From Nitrosopumilaceae archaeon (GTDB lineage Archaea; Thermoproteota; Nitrososphaeria; Nitrososphaerales; Nitrosopumilaceae): a stretch of 64,000 nucleotides of DNA. Below the pieces are notes generated by a model that was given only the letters and a program-made list of their open reading frames with translations, did not search any database and was not told the origin of the DNA. A program made the translations under genes and the position numbers. The DNA is taken from assembly GCA_965214835.1 (NCBI GenBank), contig CBDCCK010000002.1, positions 2,592,001-2,656,000 on the forward strand. Reading direction: 5' to 3'. This document shows positions 10,965 to 21,124 of the stretch, in pieces; within the stretch, counting starts at the first letter, position 1, and each line of letters starts with the position of its first letter.

Positions 10965-11329
10965 ACTGGGATGCCTGGCAGGACGGCCCGGCCGCCCAGA
11001 CCAGGACAGCGTGCATCTGGCCATGCCCCTGATCATCGGATCCGTGCAGCCCAGCAGATCCCCCCTGTGAATCCGAGGCAAACTCCCTTCTGGCATGAAT
11101 CATGTCATCGGCGGCGGGCGGATCCGGTCATCGGATTATGCGGGGCGCGGCCGGCCGTCATACATACCCAGGATCAGGGATGGCTTGGCCCGAGCTGCTG
11201 CAGGCGGTGGGATTTTACGCTGCTGGTCGCAGGAGCGCTTGTCACGGCGGCCAGAAGAAATCGCGCAGAATGCGGATTTGCCGGTCCGCCGCAGGATCTG
11301 GGCGGTTTCCGGAGGTCTTGTATCTCCGT

Positions 11330-11839
11330 TTACTGGTCTGTCTCACACTCGACGCGCCGATGCCCGGAGACCCTGCTTCTGCGGCGCTGCTCCCTCACCG
11401 ATTTAAACGCCGCGGCCAGCTTGTACATTCTCCCCTCGGACATCACGCTTCCATGGTACAGCTCAAACAGCGCCCCCACGCTTCGCTTTGACCCCTTCCT
11501 GTCATTCCACGCCAGCGTCTCACAGTACATCTCCTCCATATACAGATCCCCCAGGATTATGCGGCTGTTCAGGAAGCGCCTCAGACTCCTTCGCCTGCCC
11601 GGATCCGGCTCGTACACGTCGACTATGATCTCCCCCCTGCCGGGCACTGCATTCTCGCCGACGGTCACCGTCTCATGCCTGTATCCGCCCTCGCTCTCAA
11701 GGACATACCGGGACAGCCTGTCCTCGTACTTGAAGCTGACACTCAACGTGCAGGTACAGGATCGCCTCCACTTGTAAACGTTTATGCTGCGCTTCTGGGA
11801 ATCGACGGAGAACCGAGGCGGCCGCCCTGGTGAAAATTT
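11330..11839 (-). CDS. Hypothetical protein, 5' end interrupted by a MITE
   Basis: About 170 codons open with coding-like composition. The ORF-track start lies inside the MITE. Confidence 0.45.
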   Translation of the reverse strand, partial: KFSPGRPPRFSVDSQKRSINVYKWRRSCTCTLSVSFKYEDRLSRYVLESEGGYRHETVTVGENAVPGRGEIIVDVYEPDPGRRRSLRRFLNSRIILGDLYMEEMYCETLAWNDRKGSKRSVGALFELYHGSVMSEGRMYKLAAAFKSVREQRRRSRVSGHRRVECETDQ

Positions 11840-11932
11840 GTATGTGGTCACGTCTCCCTGCTAGCTAGGCACGAAAATCACAATCATGCATGCTAATTCG
11901 TGCCTGACTAATGGGGGTAGGTGACCTCATAC
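11840..11932. mobile_element. MITE family A
   Basis: Exact 8-bp TSD GAAAATTT. Confidence 0.92.
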
Positions 11933-12231
11933 GAAAATTTGAAGGTTTTGAGCCGGCCATGCAAAAAACATTTCTGCGTGCGATGATTGCGGCCTGACCT
12001 GGCCCACGCCGCCTCCGGATGGACCGGCACAGTCTGGATCCGGTTGCCGCCACGATACAGGCGTCATGTCTGGCATGGATAATGCCGGCACACTTGGTTT
12101 TATGGCGTTTGGGGAATTCCCGCATCCGAGTGGCCGCCGTCATGTCGCCTACAGGCAGACGCCCGGAATCGGGACGAGCTGGGCCAGACGCACCCCAATC
12201 TGGGGGGACCGGCAAAAAAAAGTGGTGGATT

Positions 12232-12699
12232 CTAGTAATCCAGGATCACGGCACCCGCGTCGATGAGCCTCTGCATCTTTGGCATCCTCGGATGCGAGTC
12301 GATCTCTATGCCCGGAAGCAGGTCGCCAGGACTCATGCCTGCCATTGCAATGCAGTGCTCGCACGCAATCACCCTTCCCCCAGAAGACATAAAGTCGCCC
12401 ATCATCTGGCTTGCCGGCTGCAGGGCCTGCTCGGGCTGGCCGGCGCCTGCCCTCACCCCGTCCACGTCCAGGAGTATGGCCACGTTTTTGCCGGAATCCA
12501 GCATTGCTGCTGCGTGCTGGACCCCCATCATCACGCGGTGGCCCTCATCGGACGCTATGTGGATAAGCACCGATCTGGCATACGCGTCTGCCTCCTGCTC
12601 CTGGGCCGGAAACGCGGCCACGGCCACCAGGAGGACGGCCGCAAAGGCCGGGACTGCCAGCGAGTATTTCATAACGGACTTCATTGGTAACCGTTGCAC
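12232..12699 (-). CDS. Secreted DsrE/DsrF-like protein
   Basis: Signal peptide; 'VAILLDVDGV' and 'GGRVIACEHC...GI' DsrE-like motifs. Confidence 0.75.
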   Translation of the reverse strand: MQRLPMKSVMKYSLAVPAFAAVLLVAVAAFPAQEQEADAYARSVLIHIASDEGHRVMMGVQHAAAMLDSGKNVAILLDVDGVRAGAGQPEQALQPASQMMGDFMSSGGRVIACEHCIAMAGMSPGDLLPGIEIDSHPRMPKMQRLIDAGAVILDY

Positions 12700-12746
12700 C
12701 CGATGATAATAAACCGGATTGGAGACTTTGTAAAATGTACCAGGCG

Positions 12747-13322
12747 TTACAGTGCCAGGAATATGTCCTCTGCGTGCCCGGCCTTTTCATCAAAGAGACT
12801 CGCAAACTCCTTCTTGAAGGTCTTTTTGAACAGCTCCCTGTCCGTGATCCTGTAGCAGTCCCGGCCGTCCTTTCTGCACTTTTCGACCACGCCTGCCTCA
12901 ATCAGGCCCGAAAGGTTCCATGAAAGGGCAGCCGGACTCTTGTCCATCTTGGATGCCAGATCCCGAAAGCTTGGATTCCCCTCTACTATTATCCTGAGTA
13001 AGATCTCCTTTTTTGTCGGCCTTCTCATGCTTTGAATCACCGGGATCTCCTCCTCAAAGACGTCAGCGGGATAGTATCCCCTGTACCTAGGGTGCCTCTG
13101 TGACTTTACCTTGCCATCCCTCTCCAGCTGCCGCAGGTGGTGCATGACCACGCCGTTTTCCAGCCCCGACTCCCTCATCAGGCCCCTTACGTGGATTCCT
13201 GGGTTTCCACGGATGATTTTGAGGAGTCTCTCCCTTCTTTGCACGATCGTACCGTCCGGCAGCCCGCAGTTTAATGATTGCCACGATCCGTCCCGGCGCG
13301 TGGCCCCGGGCACCGGGGGCAA
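12747..13322 (-). CDS. Double winged-helix transcriptional regulator
   Basis: 'NPGIHVRGLMRESGLENGVVMHHLRQLE' and a second wHTH 'SPAALSWNLSGLIEAGVV'. The true start is probably downstream of 13322. Confidence 0.8.
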   Translation of the reverse strand: MPPVPGATRRDGSWQSLNCGLPDGTIVQRRERLLKIIRGNPGIHVRGLMRESGLENGVVMHHLRQLERDGKVKSQRHPRYRGYYPADVFEEEIPVIQSMRRPTKKEILLRIIVEGNPSFRDLASKMDKSPAALSWNLSGLIEAGVVEKCRKDGRDCYRITDRELFKKTFKKEFASLFDEKAGHAEDIFLAL

Positions 13323-13478
13323 GGATCCCCCGGTGTGCAGACGAGGCCTCCAGACCTGCTGCCCCCCACATGTGCAGTGCCGGCACGGGGGCCCAAAACG
13401 GGGCCGCCGTACGGCCTCCGCTGCCGGCTCCGGTGAGGCATGCGGTGCAAAGGCTGCCGGCTGGAAAAATCCAGGCAG

Positions 13479-14150
13479 CTAGTGCCTCTTTGGCAGGAAC
13501 GGAATCAGCGCCCTTGCAAACTCCATGATGTTCTTGGTCTGAAGGTATACCGTCCCCGGGCCCGTAATCTCGATAATCAGCGCCTCCCCGCCAAACAGGG
13601 TCGTCTTCAGGCTTCCGTGCTTTGTGATCCTGTACCCCGCGGTGGAGCTCAGGGCCACCAGCTGGTAGTTGTCCAGATGCATCCTTTCGCCGGACTGCAG
13701 CTCCTTTCTCAGTATTCCACCCCACGCGTTGACAAACATCCTGCCGGTACCGACGGTCTTTAACATGAACAGATTGCTGCCAAAAACCCCCTTTGTGAAC
13801 CCCTGCCACTTTGTATCCAGCTCCAGATCTGCAGTAGAGCACACAAAGGAGCCCGACTGGACGATAAGCTCCTCGGCGACGTCGATGGCCTCGATGTCGC
13901 CCAGCATGTTTCCGGTAAGCCCGAGCCTGCAGCCGTCCTCCTCGGCGGTGAACTCGTTGACAAAAAACGACTCCCCGCCCAGCGCCGCGGCCTTGAGCGA
14001 CCTGAGGAATCCCCCCCTCCTCATCCGGGTCTCGGTCCTGATGTCCCCCCTCATGAACACCATTGCCGCGGCCTCTGCGGTGACGCTCTCGCCCCGGTTC
14101 AGCGTGAACTCTACCAGCCCCATCGGGTTTTTCACGATCTCGTATTCCAT
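13479..14150 (-). CDS. TIGR00266 / AIM24 family protein
   Basis: 'GESVTAEAAAMVFM', 'GGESFFVNEF', 'FGGEAL' and 'GPGTVYLQT'. Confidence 0.9.
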   Translation of the reverse strand: MEYEIVKNPMGLVEFTLNRGESVTAEAAAMVFMRGDIRTETRMRRGGFLRSLKAAALGGESFFVNEFTAEEDGCRLGLTGNMLGDIEAIDVAEELIVQSGSFVCSTADLELDTKWQGFTKGVFGSNLFMLKTVGTGRMFVNAWGGILRKELQSGERMHLDNYQLVALSSTAGYRITKHGSLKTTLFGGEALIIEITGPGTVYLQTKNIMEFARALIPFLPKRH

Positions 14151-14376
14151 GCAGTGCCGCTGCGCCATGATCTAATAAACGATCGTATGCTGCCAATCAC
14201 AGGTTCCTGAAAAGCACCGAACCCCCTCGGGCGGGCCTCGTGATTTCAAGCTGCATACGGGACGCCCCCATGCATTCAGACGGCATGCGCCCCGTCATCC
14301 CAAATGCAAGATGACACCCGGAGGACGGCACGTCCATCTTTGGCCGCCGCTCCCCGATGCGGCGTGCCTGCGGCGC

Positions 14377-14956
14377 TCAGTCCGGCCACAGGCATCCCCC
14401 GTTTGCCCTGATGCAATACCTCATGAACCACTTTAGAAAGTGCATCTTGTCGCCGCCAAACTGCGAGCGCTCAAGCGCCCCAAAGTAGCGTCCCCTGCTT
14501 TGATCAGCAAGAGCGGACATCCGTTTTGTGCAGCATATGGTCCGTTGCCAGCCTTGAGATCCTGCCGCCTCCGTCCGCAAACGGGTGCATCGACACGCGC
14601 CTAAAGCATGCAAGCGCCGCAAGCTCCACGGGGTTTCTTGACCCGTCCTGCCGCTAGGGTTCAGCCAGCTGAAAAACCCCCTTACCCACTTGGATCTCCA
14701 GAACCGTCGCAAACTCCACGTCCAGATTGGTCGCCACGCCGACGGCGTGAGACCAAAGCGAGCTTGCCTCCTCGATCTTTGTCTGTCCGAACACCCCTCC
14801 ACCGGTGTCTCCCAGGGTTACTTCTGGGAAGACTGTATGGTAAAAGCCGGCGTTGCCCCTCCTCCCCCTTATGACGTTCACCGCGGCACTGTTGGGTACC
14901 GTATGGTTATGAATCCAGTAATTTGCATAAAATTCGGTACCCAATGCATCGCTCAT
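14377..14956 (-). pseudogene. Fic-domain protein pseudogene
   Basis: The minus strand around 14561-14590 reads NPVELAALA..SMHPFADGGGRISRL, a degenerate HPFxDGNGRxxR motif. Several frameshifts and a MITE-F end at about 14815-14835. Confidence 0.75.
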
Positions 14957-14968
14957 GGCCCGGCAGAT

Positions 14969-15556
14969 TCAGGACCTGGCCCCCTCCTCCTCGTGCAGCC
15001 TCTTTACTCGCCTGATGATCTCCTCGAACTGAGAAATCTTGGTGGATTCAAAAAGGGCCTCAAAGTGGCAGTGGATTTTCCCCTTCATCGTATTGCCGCT
15101 TGCCGAGCGGAGATCCCCATAGATCCAATCTTCGCAGGAGTCGATGACGCCACCAAACTCGTCTTTGTACTGGCCATGCTCATCCTCGTCTGCCTCAAGC
15201 GAGAATTTCGCCGAGGTGAACGCGTCTCCCCCAAACTGGATGCGCATGCCGTCTATGTGATCTGACTCGACCGGCTCGATCGTAAACAACATCGACTCGT
15301 CTTCTGGGATGTATCGGCAGCCGGATATCGAATAGCTGCGGCCCTCCATGGCTTCGTCAATCAATGCATTGAACACGTGGCCTGCCGAGGCCGTGTGCAC
15401 CAGCCCCTTTATCGCATCCTCAAGCGACTCGCCATTTGCACGGACAGGTGACAGACGATCCATGAAATCCAGCAGGCGCGCGACCATCCGTTCCGGCGTG
15501 GTCTGAAACTCCTCGGCCATCCCCATTATCAGCTCCTCGTCGACCTCTACCTTCAT
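14969..15556 (-). CDS. Acidic hypothetical protein, tandem paralogue 1
   Basis: 195 aa, same length as and similar to 16087-16674. Confidence 0.8.
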   Translation of the reverse strand: MKVEVDEELIMGMAEEFQTTPERMVARLLDFMDRLSPVRANGESLEDAIKGLVHTASAGHVFNALIDEAMEGRSYSISGCRYIPEDESMLFTIEPVESDHIDGMRIQFGGDAFTSAKFSLEADEDEHGQYKDEFGGVIDSCEDWIYGDLRSASGNTMKGKIHCHFEALFESTKISQFEEIIRRVKRLHEEEGARS

Positions 15557-16086
15557 CGGATTCCCTTGGCCGCCGATGGTTAATCAGTGTTTGTCGCCTT
15601 GGTAGGGGGCAGGGCATCCGGATGCCATCATCATTGCAGCCGCACCGGCAAAAAGGACGCGGGCGCTCCCAAAAAGGAACTGGGTCAGGAACTGCAGCGG
15701 ATCAAGGTTGTTGAGCACCGGCAAAAAGGACGCGGGCGCTCCCAAAAAGGAGCCCCGAGAAACATGGATTCCACCGGTTACTTCCTGCCGGCCGCCACGC
15801 ATAAGACCTCCGCCCGGCTTGCAGGAGCTGCCGAAAACCCATGCGGTCTCATCCTGGCAAGCGGTGCAGAATGGGGCGGAAATCCAGCAAGGCGCGCGGA
15901 TCAGATGCATCAAAGCATACCACGCTCAGTGAACTTCCCCGGATGCCCCTCTGGAATCGTCTTGGAAAGACCGAGTCCGGCCGGCCCTGCAATGTCTTGT
16001 GTCGTCACCGGGATAAAAGACAAGCCCCCACGCATTCTGGGGGAGACAGGGCCAGCATGCAGGGTGGCAGGATAATGCCTTGATCC

Positions 16087-16674
16087 TCAGGACATGGATC
16101 TCTTCATGTCGTGCAGCCTCTTGACTCGCCTGACAATCTCCTCGAATTCAGAAATCGTGGCAGATCCAAAAACATCCTCAAAGGCGCAGTAGATTTCCCC
16201 CTTCATCGCATTGCCGTTTGCCGAGAGGAGATCCCCATAGAGCCAATCTTCGCAGGAATCGATGACGTCGTCAAACTCGTCTTTGTATTGGCCATGCTCA
16301 TCCTCGTCTGCCTCAAGCGAGAATTTCGCCGAGGTGAACGCGTCTCTCCCAAACTGGACGCACATGCTGTCTATGTGATCTGACTCGACCGGCTCGATCG
16401 TAAACAACATGGTCTCCTTTCCCATGTCGTGCTGGCATCCGTATATCAAATAGCTGCGGCCCTCCACGATGTCGTCAATCATCGCACCCGCCGCGCGGCC
16501 TGCCGAGGCCGAGTTTGCCAGCTCCCTGACTGCATCCTCCAGCGATCCTCCCTTTGCACGGACAGGCGGCATCTGGTCCATGAGAACCAGCAGGCCCTCG
16601 GCCATATGTTCCGGCGTGGTCTGAAACTCCTCGGCCATCCCCATTATCAGCTCCTCGTCTACCTCCACCTTCAT
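16087..16674 (-). CDS. Acidic hypothetical protein, tandem paralogue 2
   Basis: 195 aa. The first 22 aa are identical to copy 1 and about 95 bp upstream are near-identical. Confidence 0.8.
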   Translation of the reverse strand: MKVEVDEELIMGMAEEFQTTPEHMAEGLLVLMDQMPPVRAKGGSLEDAVRELANSASAGRAAGAMIDDIVEGRSYLIYGCQHDMGKETMLFTIEPVESDHIDSMCVQFGRDAFTSAKFSLEADEDEHGQYKDEFDDVIDSCEDWLYGDLLSANGNAMKGEIYCAFEDVFGSATISEFEEIVRRVKRLHDMKRSMS

Positions 16675-16996
16675 CGGATTCCCTTGGCCGCCGATGGTTA
16701 ATCAGTGTTTGTCGCCTTGGGAGGGGGCAGGGCATCCGGATGCCATCATCATTGCAGCCGCACCGGCAAAAAATACACGGATGCTCTCAAAAAGGAACAC
16801 AGATCACATGGATTCCACCATCAGACTGACCGACGTTTCCGTCGGCTCGGCCTCTCAAAATGGAACACAGATCACATGGACTCCATCCGGTTATTTCCTG
16901 CAGCCCAGCTTGCAGGAGCTACCGAAAACCCATGATGTGGGATTGCCTCTTTCAGTAATCCTGCAGCGTCATGCCAAATAAATCCACATCTGCTCT

Positions 16997-17114
16997 CAGT
17001 CTTCCCAGTACCGCATCAAATCATCCCCGGCTCGAAACAATTCAGATGAGGCTGCCTGCAGATCCGCATGTTACCTCCTGTACCGCCACGAGTCGGTTAC
17101 TTCTGGGAAGGCTG
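16997..17114. mobile_element. MITE family F
   Basis: TIR CAGTCTTCCCAG and 5-bp TSD GCTCT. Confidence 0.85.
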
Positions 17115-17511
17115 GCTCTCAACAACTGGCAGTTTCCTTCACTTGGCTTCCATGCTCTTGAACCCCAAATTGTCGGATCGAGACGAGGTTGTCGCGTAAT
17201 TCTACCTATCTGACTCAATCTGTACGTTTTTCTGAACTTCTGCCCCTCTTGCACGCCTCGGTCCAGATGACATCGTATGGTTTTCAGGAGTTCTGATGAA
17301 TTACGCGACAACCTCGATCGAGACACATTTTGATCACCGCATTTGAGGCAGCACATGACAAGTATGATCACCTGCACCCGCCAATCAGGCACGAATCGGC
17401 ATGTGCAATTATGGTTTCCATGCATGGCCAGCATTGGATATGACCCCATACTGTTACGTATCATGGATTTTCGACTCCTGTCTTGCAGTGCCAGGATGTC
17501 TCCTATGCACG

Positions 17512-18045
17512 TTAGAGTTTCTTCTCTATCATTTCCAAGGAAGAGATCATCCTTGTCATGACGCCCATCATCTCGCCATGGTTTTGATTCTGGGATGACG
17601 CCATCTCCTTCTGGGATGACGCCATCTCCTTCTGGGATGACGCAATTTCCTTGAGGATTTCGGTATGGGTTTTCAGGGTATCATCTAACGCGTCAAACCG
17701 CTTGTGAAGGCTCCTTACTACCCGGCGTGTTGCCAGCATCATGTATATTCCTACGGAACCGGCGATAATAAAGGCGCCTCCCAGAGCAGTCTTCCCAGAG
17801 GTTCCCCACAAAGCGGCTTCAAACTCGAAGCGGTTCAAGCAAAGCTGCCTACAGATCCGCATATGGCCGTCTGCACCCCCACGAGTCGGTTACTTCTGGG
17901 AAGACTGCAGAGCCTGCAGCATCTCTGGGTGAAACGGATCCAACCCAGATGACAGAGTGGCTGCCCCTGCTACGACTATTGCAATCAGAAAGGAGTTGTC
18001 TATCACAATCTCACTCAAGTTTCTTGAACCGTCCTGCGGGTTCAT
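17512..18045 (-). pseudogene. Two-TM plus coiled-coil membrane protein interrupted by MITE F
   Basis: Removing 17787-17907 and one CAGAG joins ..PEMLQA|LGGAFIIAG.. in frame (135 aa). 21-bp tandem repeats encode KEMASSQ heptads. Confidence 0.75.
17787..17907. mobile_element. MITE family F
   Basis: 121 bp with an exact 5-bp TSD CAGAG. Confidence 0.92.
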
Positions 18046-18438
18046 GATGACTTGCCCCCACTCATGTTGAATGTGGCAAGGCATTGCAGTGTCCTTTCGC
18101 GATGATTTGACAGCAGTTGAGAATTCATCCACCAATCCTTCCCACATACATCAGTACTTCCTATAGTGGCGACTGAAGGTCTTTGATCACCAAAAGGTGT
18201 CTTCCTGCGTAGTTTACACCCATGTGTGCTCAAAAACTTTTAATCGTCACCATAGGTGTGCTTTTGCAGACCCGGCACGGCATAGCCGCTAATTTCGTTT
18301 ACGCATAAGGTCTTCTCCAAATTACGCAATTACCGTGCCTGTAAAAGTACACCTAGCAAGTGCTGACATAGCAGCCGGCTTCCTGTGCGGAGGATTTTAT
18401 CAAACTGCGGGGCGAGGATGCGTTCAGGAGTCCCTGAT

Positions 18439-18618
18439 GTTCAAAAAATAGCACGGCAGGCCGCCACGGTGCACCGGTATCGACAACTGCTTGGGACAGA
18501 TATGTCGGAGTTCAAAAAATAGCACGGCAGGCCGCCACGGTGCACCGGTATCGACAACTGCTTGGGACAGATATGTCGGAGTTCAAAAAATAGCACGGCA
18601 GGCCGCCACGGTGCACCG
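18439..18618. repeat. Perfect tandem repeat, 71-bp unit x ~2.5
   Basis: Units start at 18439, 18510 and 18581 (GTTCAAAAAATAGCACGGCAGG...). Confidence 0.95.
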
Positions 18619-18689
18619 TACTGACTCGGCGCCTCCGCAGAGGCCGGGCAGGCTCTCGGCACAGTCCTGCAGAGAGATAGTCCGAAATT

Positions 18690-18782
18690 GTACGAGGTCA
18701 CCTGCCCCTACCAATCAGGCACGAATTGGCACGTATGGTTATGATTTTCACGCCTGGCCAACGGGGGGACGTGACCACATAC
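18690..18782. mobile_element. MITE family A
   Basis: Exact 8-bp TSD CCGAAATT. Confidence 0.9.
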
Positions 18783-19049
18783 CCGAAATTAAAAGCCGTA
18801 CGAATTTTTCAAGTGATCTCATAGATAATCTGTATTTCGTTGACATTTTGGGTTGTTTTATGCAAATTTGTTCACAAATAATCAGGGTTTACTAACTTCG
18901 AACCAACTCCCAGGGGACGCCGAGATACGACGCAGGCAGGCGCGGCCTGCAGCCAAAGCATCTAATGAGTCACACCGTCTTGTGTATCAAATTAGACCAC
19001 ATAGATCTAATATCTGATCGCAGAAACCATACAATGCAGGAGGTTTGCA

Positions 19050-19298
19050 TTGGCCAGGACTAGGAGGGCAAACAGGTACTGCGTCGACTGCGGCGCAAGG
19101 CTGGTCTACTATCCCAGGCTCTCAAACCCAAAGGCGCCCAACGAGCACCGCGTCCTGGTGTACGCCTGCCCGGACTGCACCGAGGACTTTGAGCGCCCAA
19201 AGATGTTTTCGATAAGGCGCAACCAGGTCGAGGATCCGCTTGAGGCCGTCGAGGTCGAGATCACGCAGGTGCAAAAAAAGGCAGGCAGTGCGCGGTGA
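19050..19298 (+). CDS. Small Zn-ribbon protein
   Basis: CVDC...CPDC motif pair; GGAGG upstream; GC3-rich codons. Confidence 0.75.
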   Translation: MARTRRANRYCVDCGARLVYYPRLSNPKAPNEHRVLVYACPDCTEDFERPKMFSIRRNQVEDPLEAVEVEITQVQKKAGSAR

Positions 19299-19381
19299 GT
19301 CCCGGGCGGCATCCTGAGGTGGGGCCGGGCGCCGCCCGTGCCGGAGATGCCTTTTGGCTTTGAGGGTGGATCCGGCGGCAA

Positions 19382-19612
19382 GTGATCCAAACCCTATTAA
19401 TAAAGCCGCAGACGCGTAATCCCGTGCTGCGCAAAGCATACCCCGTGTTCATAGGCCTGCTGGCACTTGGCGCCATAATCATATCCGTAGGGATGATAAT
19501 CGACAGCGACGAGTACTGGCTGGTTGCCGACTATACGACCATCGGCATCTTTGCGGCCTCTGCCGTATTCCTGATCGTATTCAGGCAGAGGGGGTATGGA
19601 CGGCAACTATAG
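19382..19612 (+). CDS. Small two-TM membrane protein
   Basis: Two hydrophobic segments; start uncertain. Confidence 0.6.
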   Translation: MIQTLLIKPQTRNPVLRKAYPVFIGLLALGAIIISVGMIIDSDEYWLVADYTTIGIFAASAVFLIVFRQRGYGRQL

Positions 19613-19819
19613 CCTGCAGGCTTTGCACAGGGCATCGCGGACTGTCCGCCCGGGCCAAGCCGCGAACCGCAGGGCGGCCTGCGTGCATCCCCGAGTTGTG
19701 GGATCATCTCACGAGTGGGCAGGAGCCCAAGGGATTCCAAGACAGGCAGCTCGGAGCTGACACAATCATCAAGGCAGGTTCACACAAGGGTTAAAGGGCG
19801 CACGTGACAAACCACTCCC

Positions 19820-20020
19820 ATGCATCCCGAAAAACAAAGGAGCAACATGTGGTTTCTTTTGCCGATATTCATGAATGTGTGCGGCGGACTGATCGCATAC
19901 TTTGTCCTGCGGCATGACGACCCCAGAAAGGCCAAAAACTGCCTCTATCTCGGAATCGCCCTGATAGCAGTCGGCATCACGACAAGCTTGATCTTTTCAC
20001 TGACAGGCATAGACATGTGA
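19820..20020 (+). CDS. Small membrane protein of thaumarchaeal type
   Basis: 'WFLLPIF...GGLIAYFVLRHDDPRKAKNCLYLG' pattern. Confidence 0.75.
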   Translation: MHPEKQRSNMWFLLPIFMNVCGGLIAYFVLRHDDPRKAKNCLYLGIALIAVGITTSLIFSLTGIDM

Positions 20021-20248
20021 GGCATAACAGGCAGCAGCTGATCCTTCCGGGGATCTGTAGCCTCAGGCCAAGAGCCGCGTGGACGGATCAGCTGCGGCCG
20101 TCCGGGCCTTTCCCTGCGGCGTTTTTTTGTCTGGGCATCATTCTGTCTTTTTTTGAAAGGTTCCGGCGGGCCGGAAGCGCCGCTTTGCCATCCCCTACAA
20201 GAGCTGCCTGCAGAGTACAGTCATAAGTAGAGGGCCGCACGGGATGTC

Positions 20249-20698
20249 ATGGAGGCGGCAAGGCTCAGGGACAGCGTGGAGAGGTGGCTGATCCACGAAA
20301 GCTACAGGTTCTCCCAGGTACAAAATGATGAAAACAACTTTACCCTGACGGTAAAGCATGCAGGCTCATTTGGAAACCAGATTGAGATCTTCAGTCCAAG
20401 GCAGCAAAACGTCGTCCTGGTAGTAGGCAGCCTCGTTCCCCTGGCAAACCGCCAGAATGCCAGGTATCAAAAGCTGAACCATGCGCAAAGGGAGGGCCTT
20501 GCAAGAAGGATAGGCGACTATTGCCACTCCATAAGGGCCATAAACAGGGTGATGCTGGAGGACGGCAAGCTGACAGTCGGCGCATACGCGGTGCTAGATG
20601 ACGAGGAAAAGCTCAACCAGCACGACTTTGCCGATACCATGGTCCTGGTGGCAGAGATGGGCGACAGGGTGACCCGGTTTTTGCTAAAGACGTTCTAG
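20249..20698 (+). CDS. DUF2299-like protein
   Basis: 'VERWLIHESYRF...NF' N-terminus and size match archaeal DUF2299. Confidence 0.65.
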   Translation: MEAARLRDSVERWLIHESYRFSQVQNDENNFTLTVKHAGSFGNQIEIFSPRQQNVVLVVGSLVPLANRQNARYQKLNHAQREGLARRIGDYCHSIRAINRVMLEDGKLTVGAYAVLDDEEKLNQHDFADTMVLVAEMGDRVTRFLLKTF

Positions 20699-21124
20699 CT
20701 CCGGGCACCCACAAGGCCGGATCACACAAAAGCCTCGACTCGGGCTCTTGCTCTGCCGGCCAGACGAGACCATGGTGAGGCTTGTACAGCACCGCTGCTC
20801 TCATGGCGCAAATATTTTACCCGTATTCTTCCTGCACTTTTTGCATGCCTCATTTACAGCAACATGTCCCCCCAATGTGGCATGATCCGGGACTCACGTA
20901 CGAGGCCGCCCGCCACCCCAGTCAGGCACAAGCTGGCGCGTATAGCCCGCACCAAAAAAATCCCAAAGGTTCCAGTTCGACTTACTGCATGGAGACGGCG
21001 GCGATCCTGTCAGGACGGCGCGGCACGCATGCAGCTGCGCGCTCTACTGCATGCCGGCGCGCATGATCTTCGCCGGCGCGGCGATCAGCATCACGCTTAT
21101 GAATGACACCACAGAATGCCATGC

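Noticed and set aside
15642-15751. 37-bp direct repeat x2 with a 36-bp spacer, CRISPR-like dimensions
   Set aside because: Only two units, no cas genes or leader, and no typical repeat terminus. The paralogous region at about 16760 shows it is a local duplication in a duplicated upstream region.
14969-16674. DGR template/variable repeat pair
   Set aside because: No reverse transcriptase in the window. Differences are not adenine-specific and both copies are full genes.
18439-18618. Repeat array as CRISPR
   Set aside because: The 'spacers' are identical, so it is a tandem repeat.
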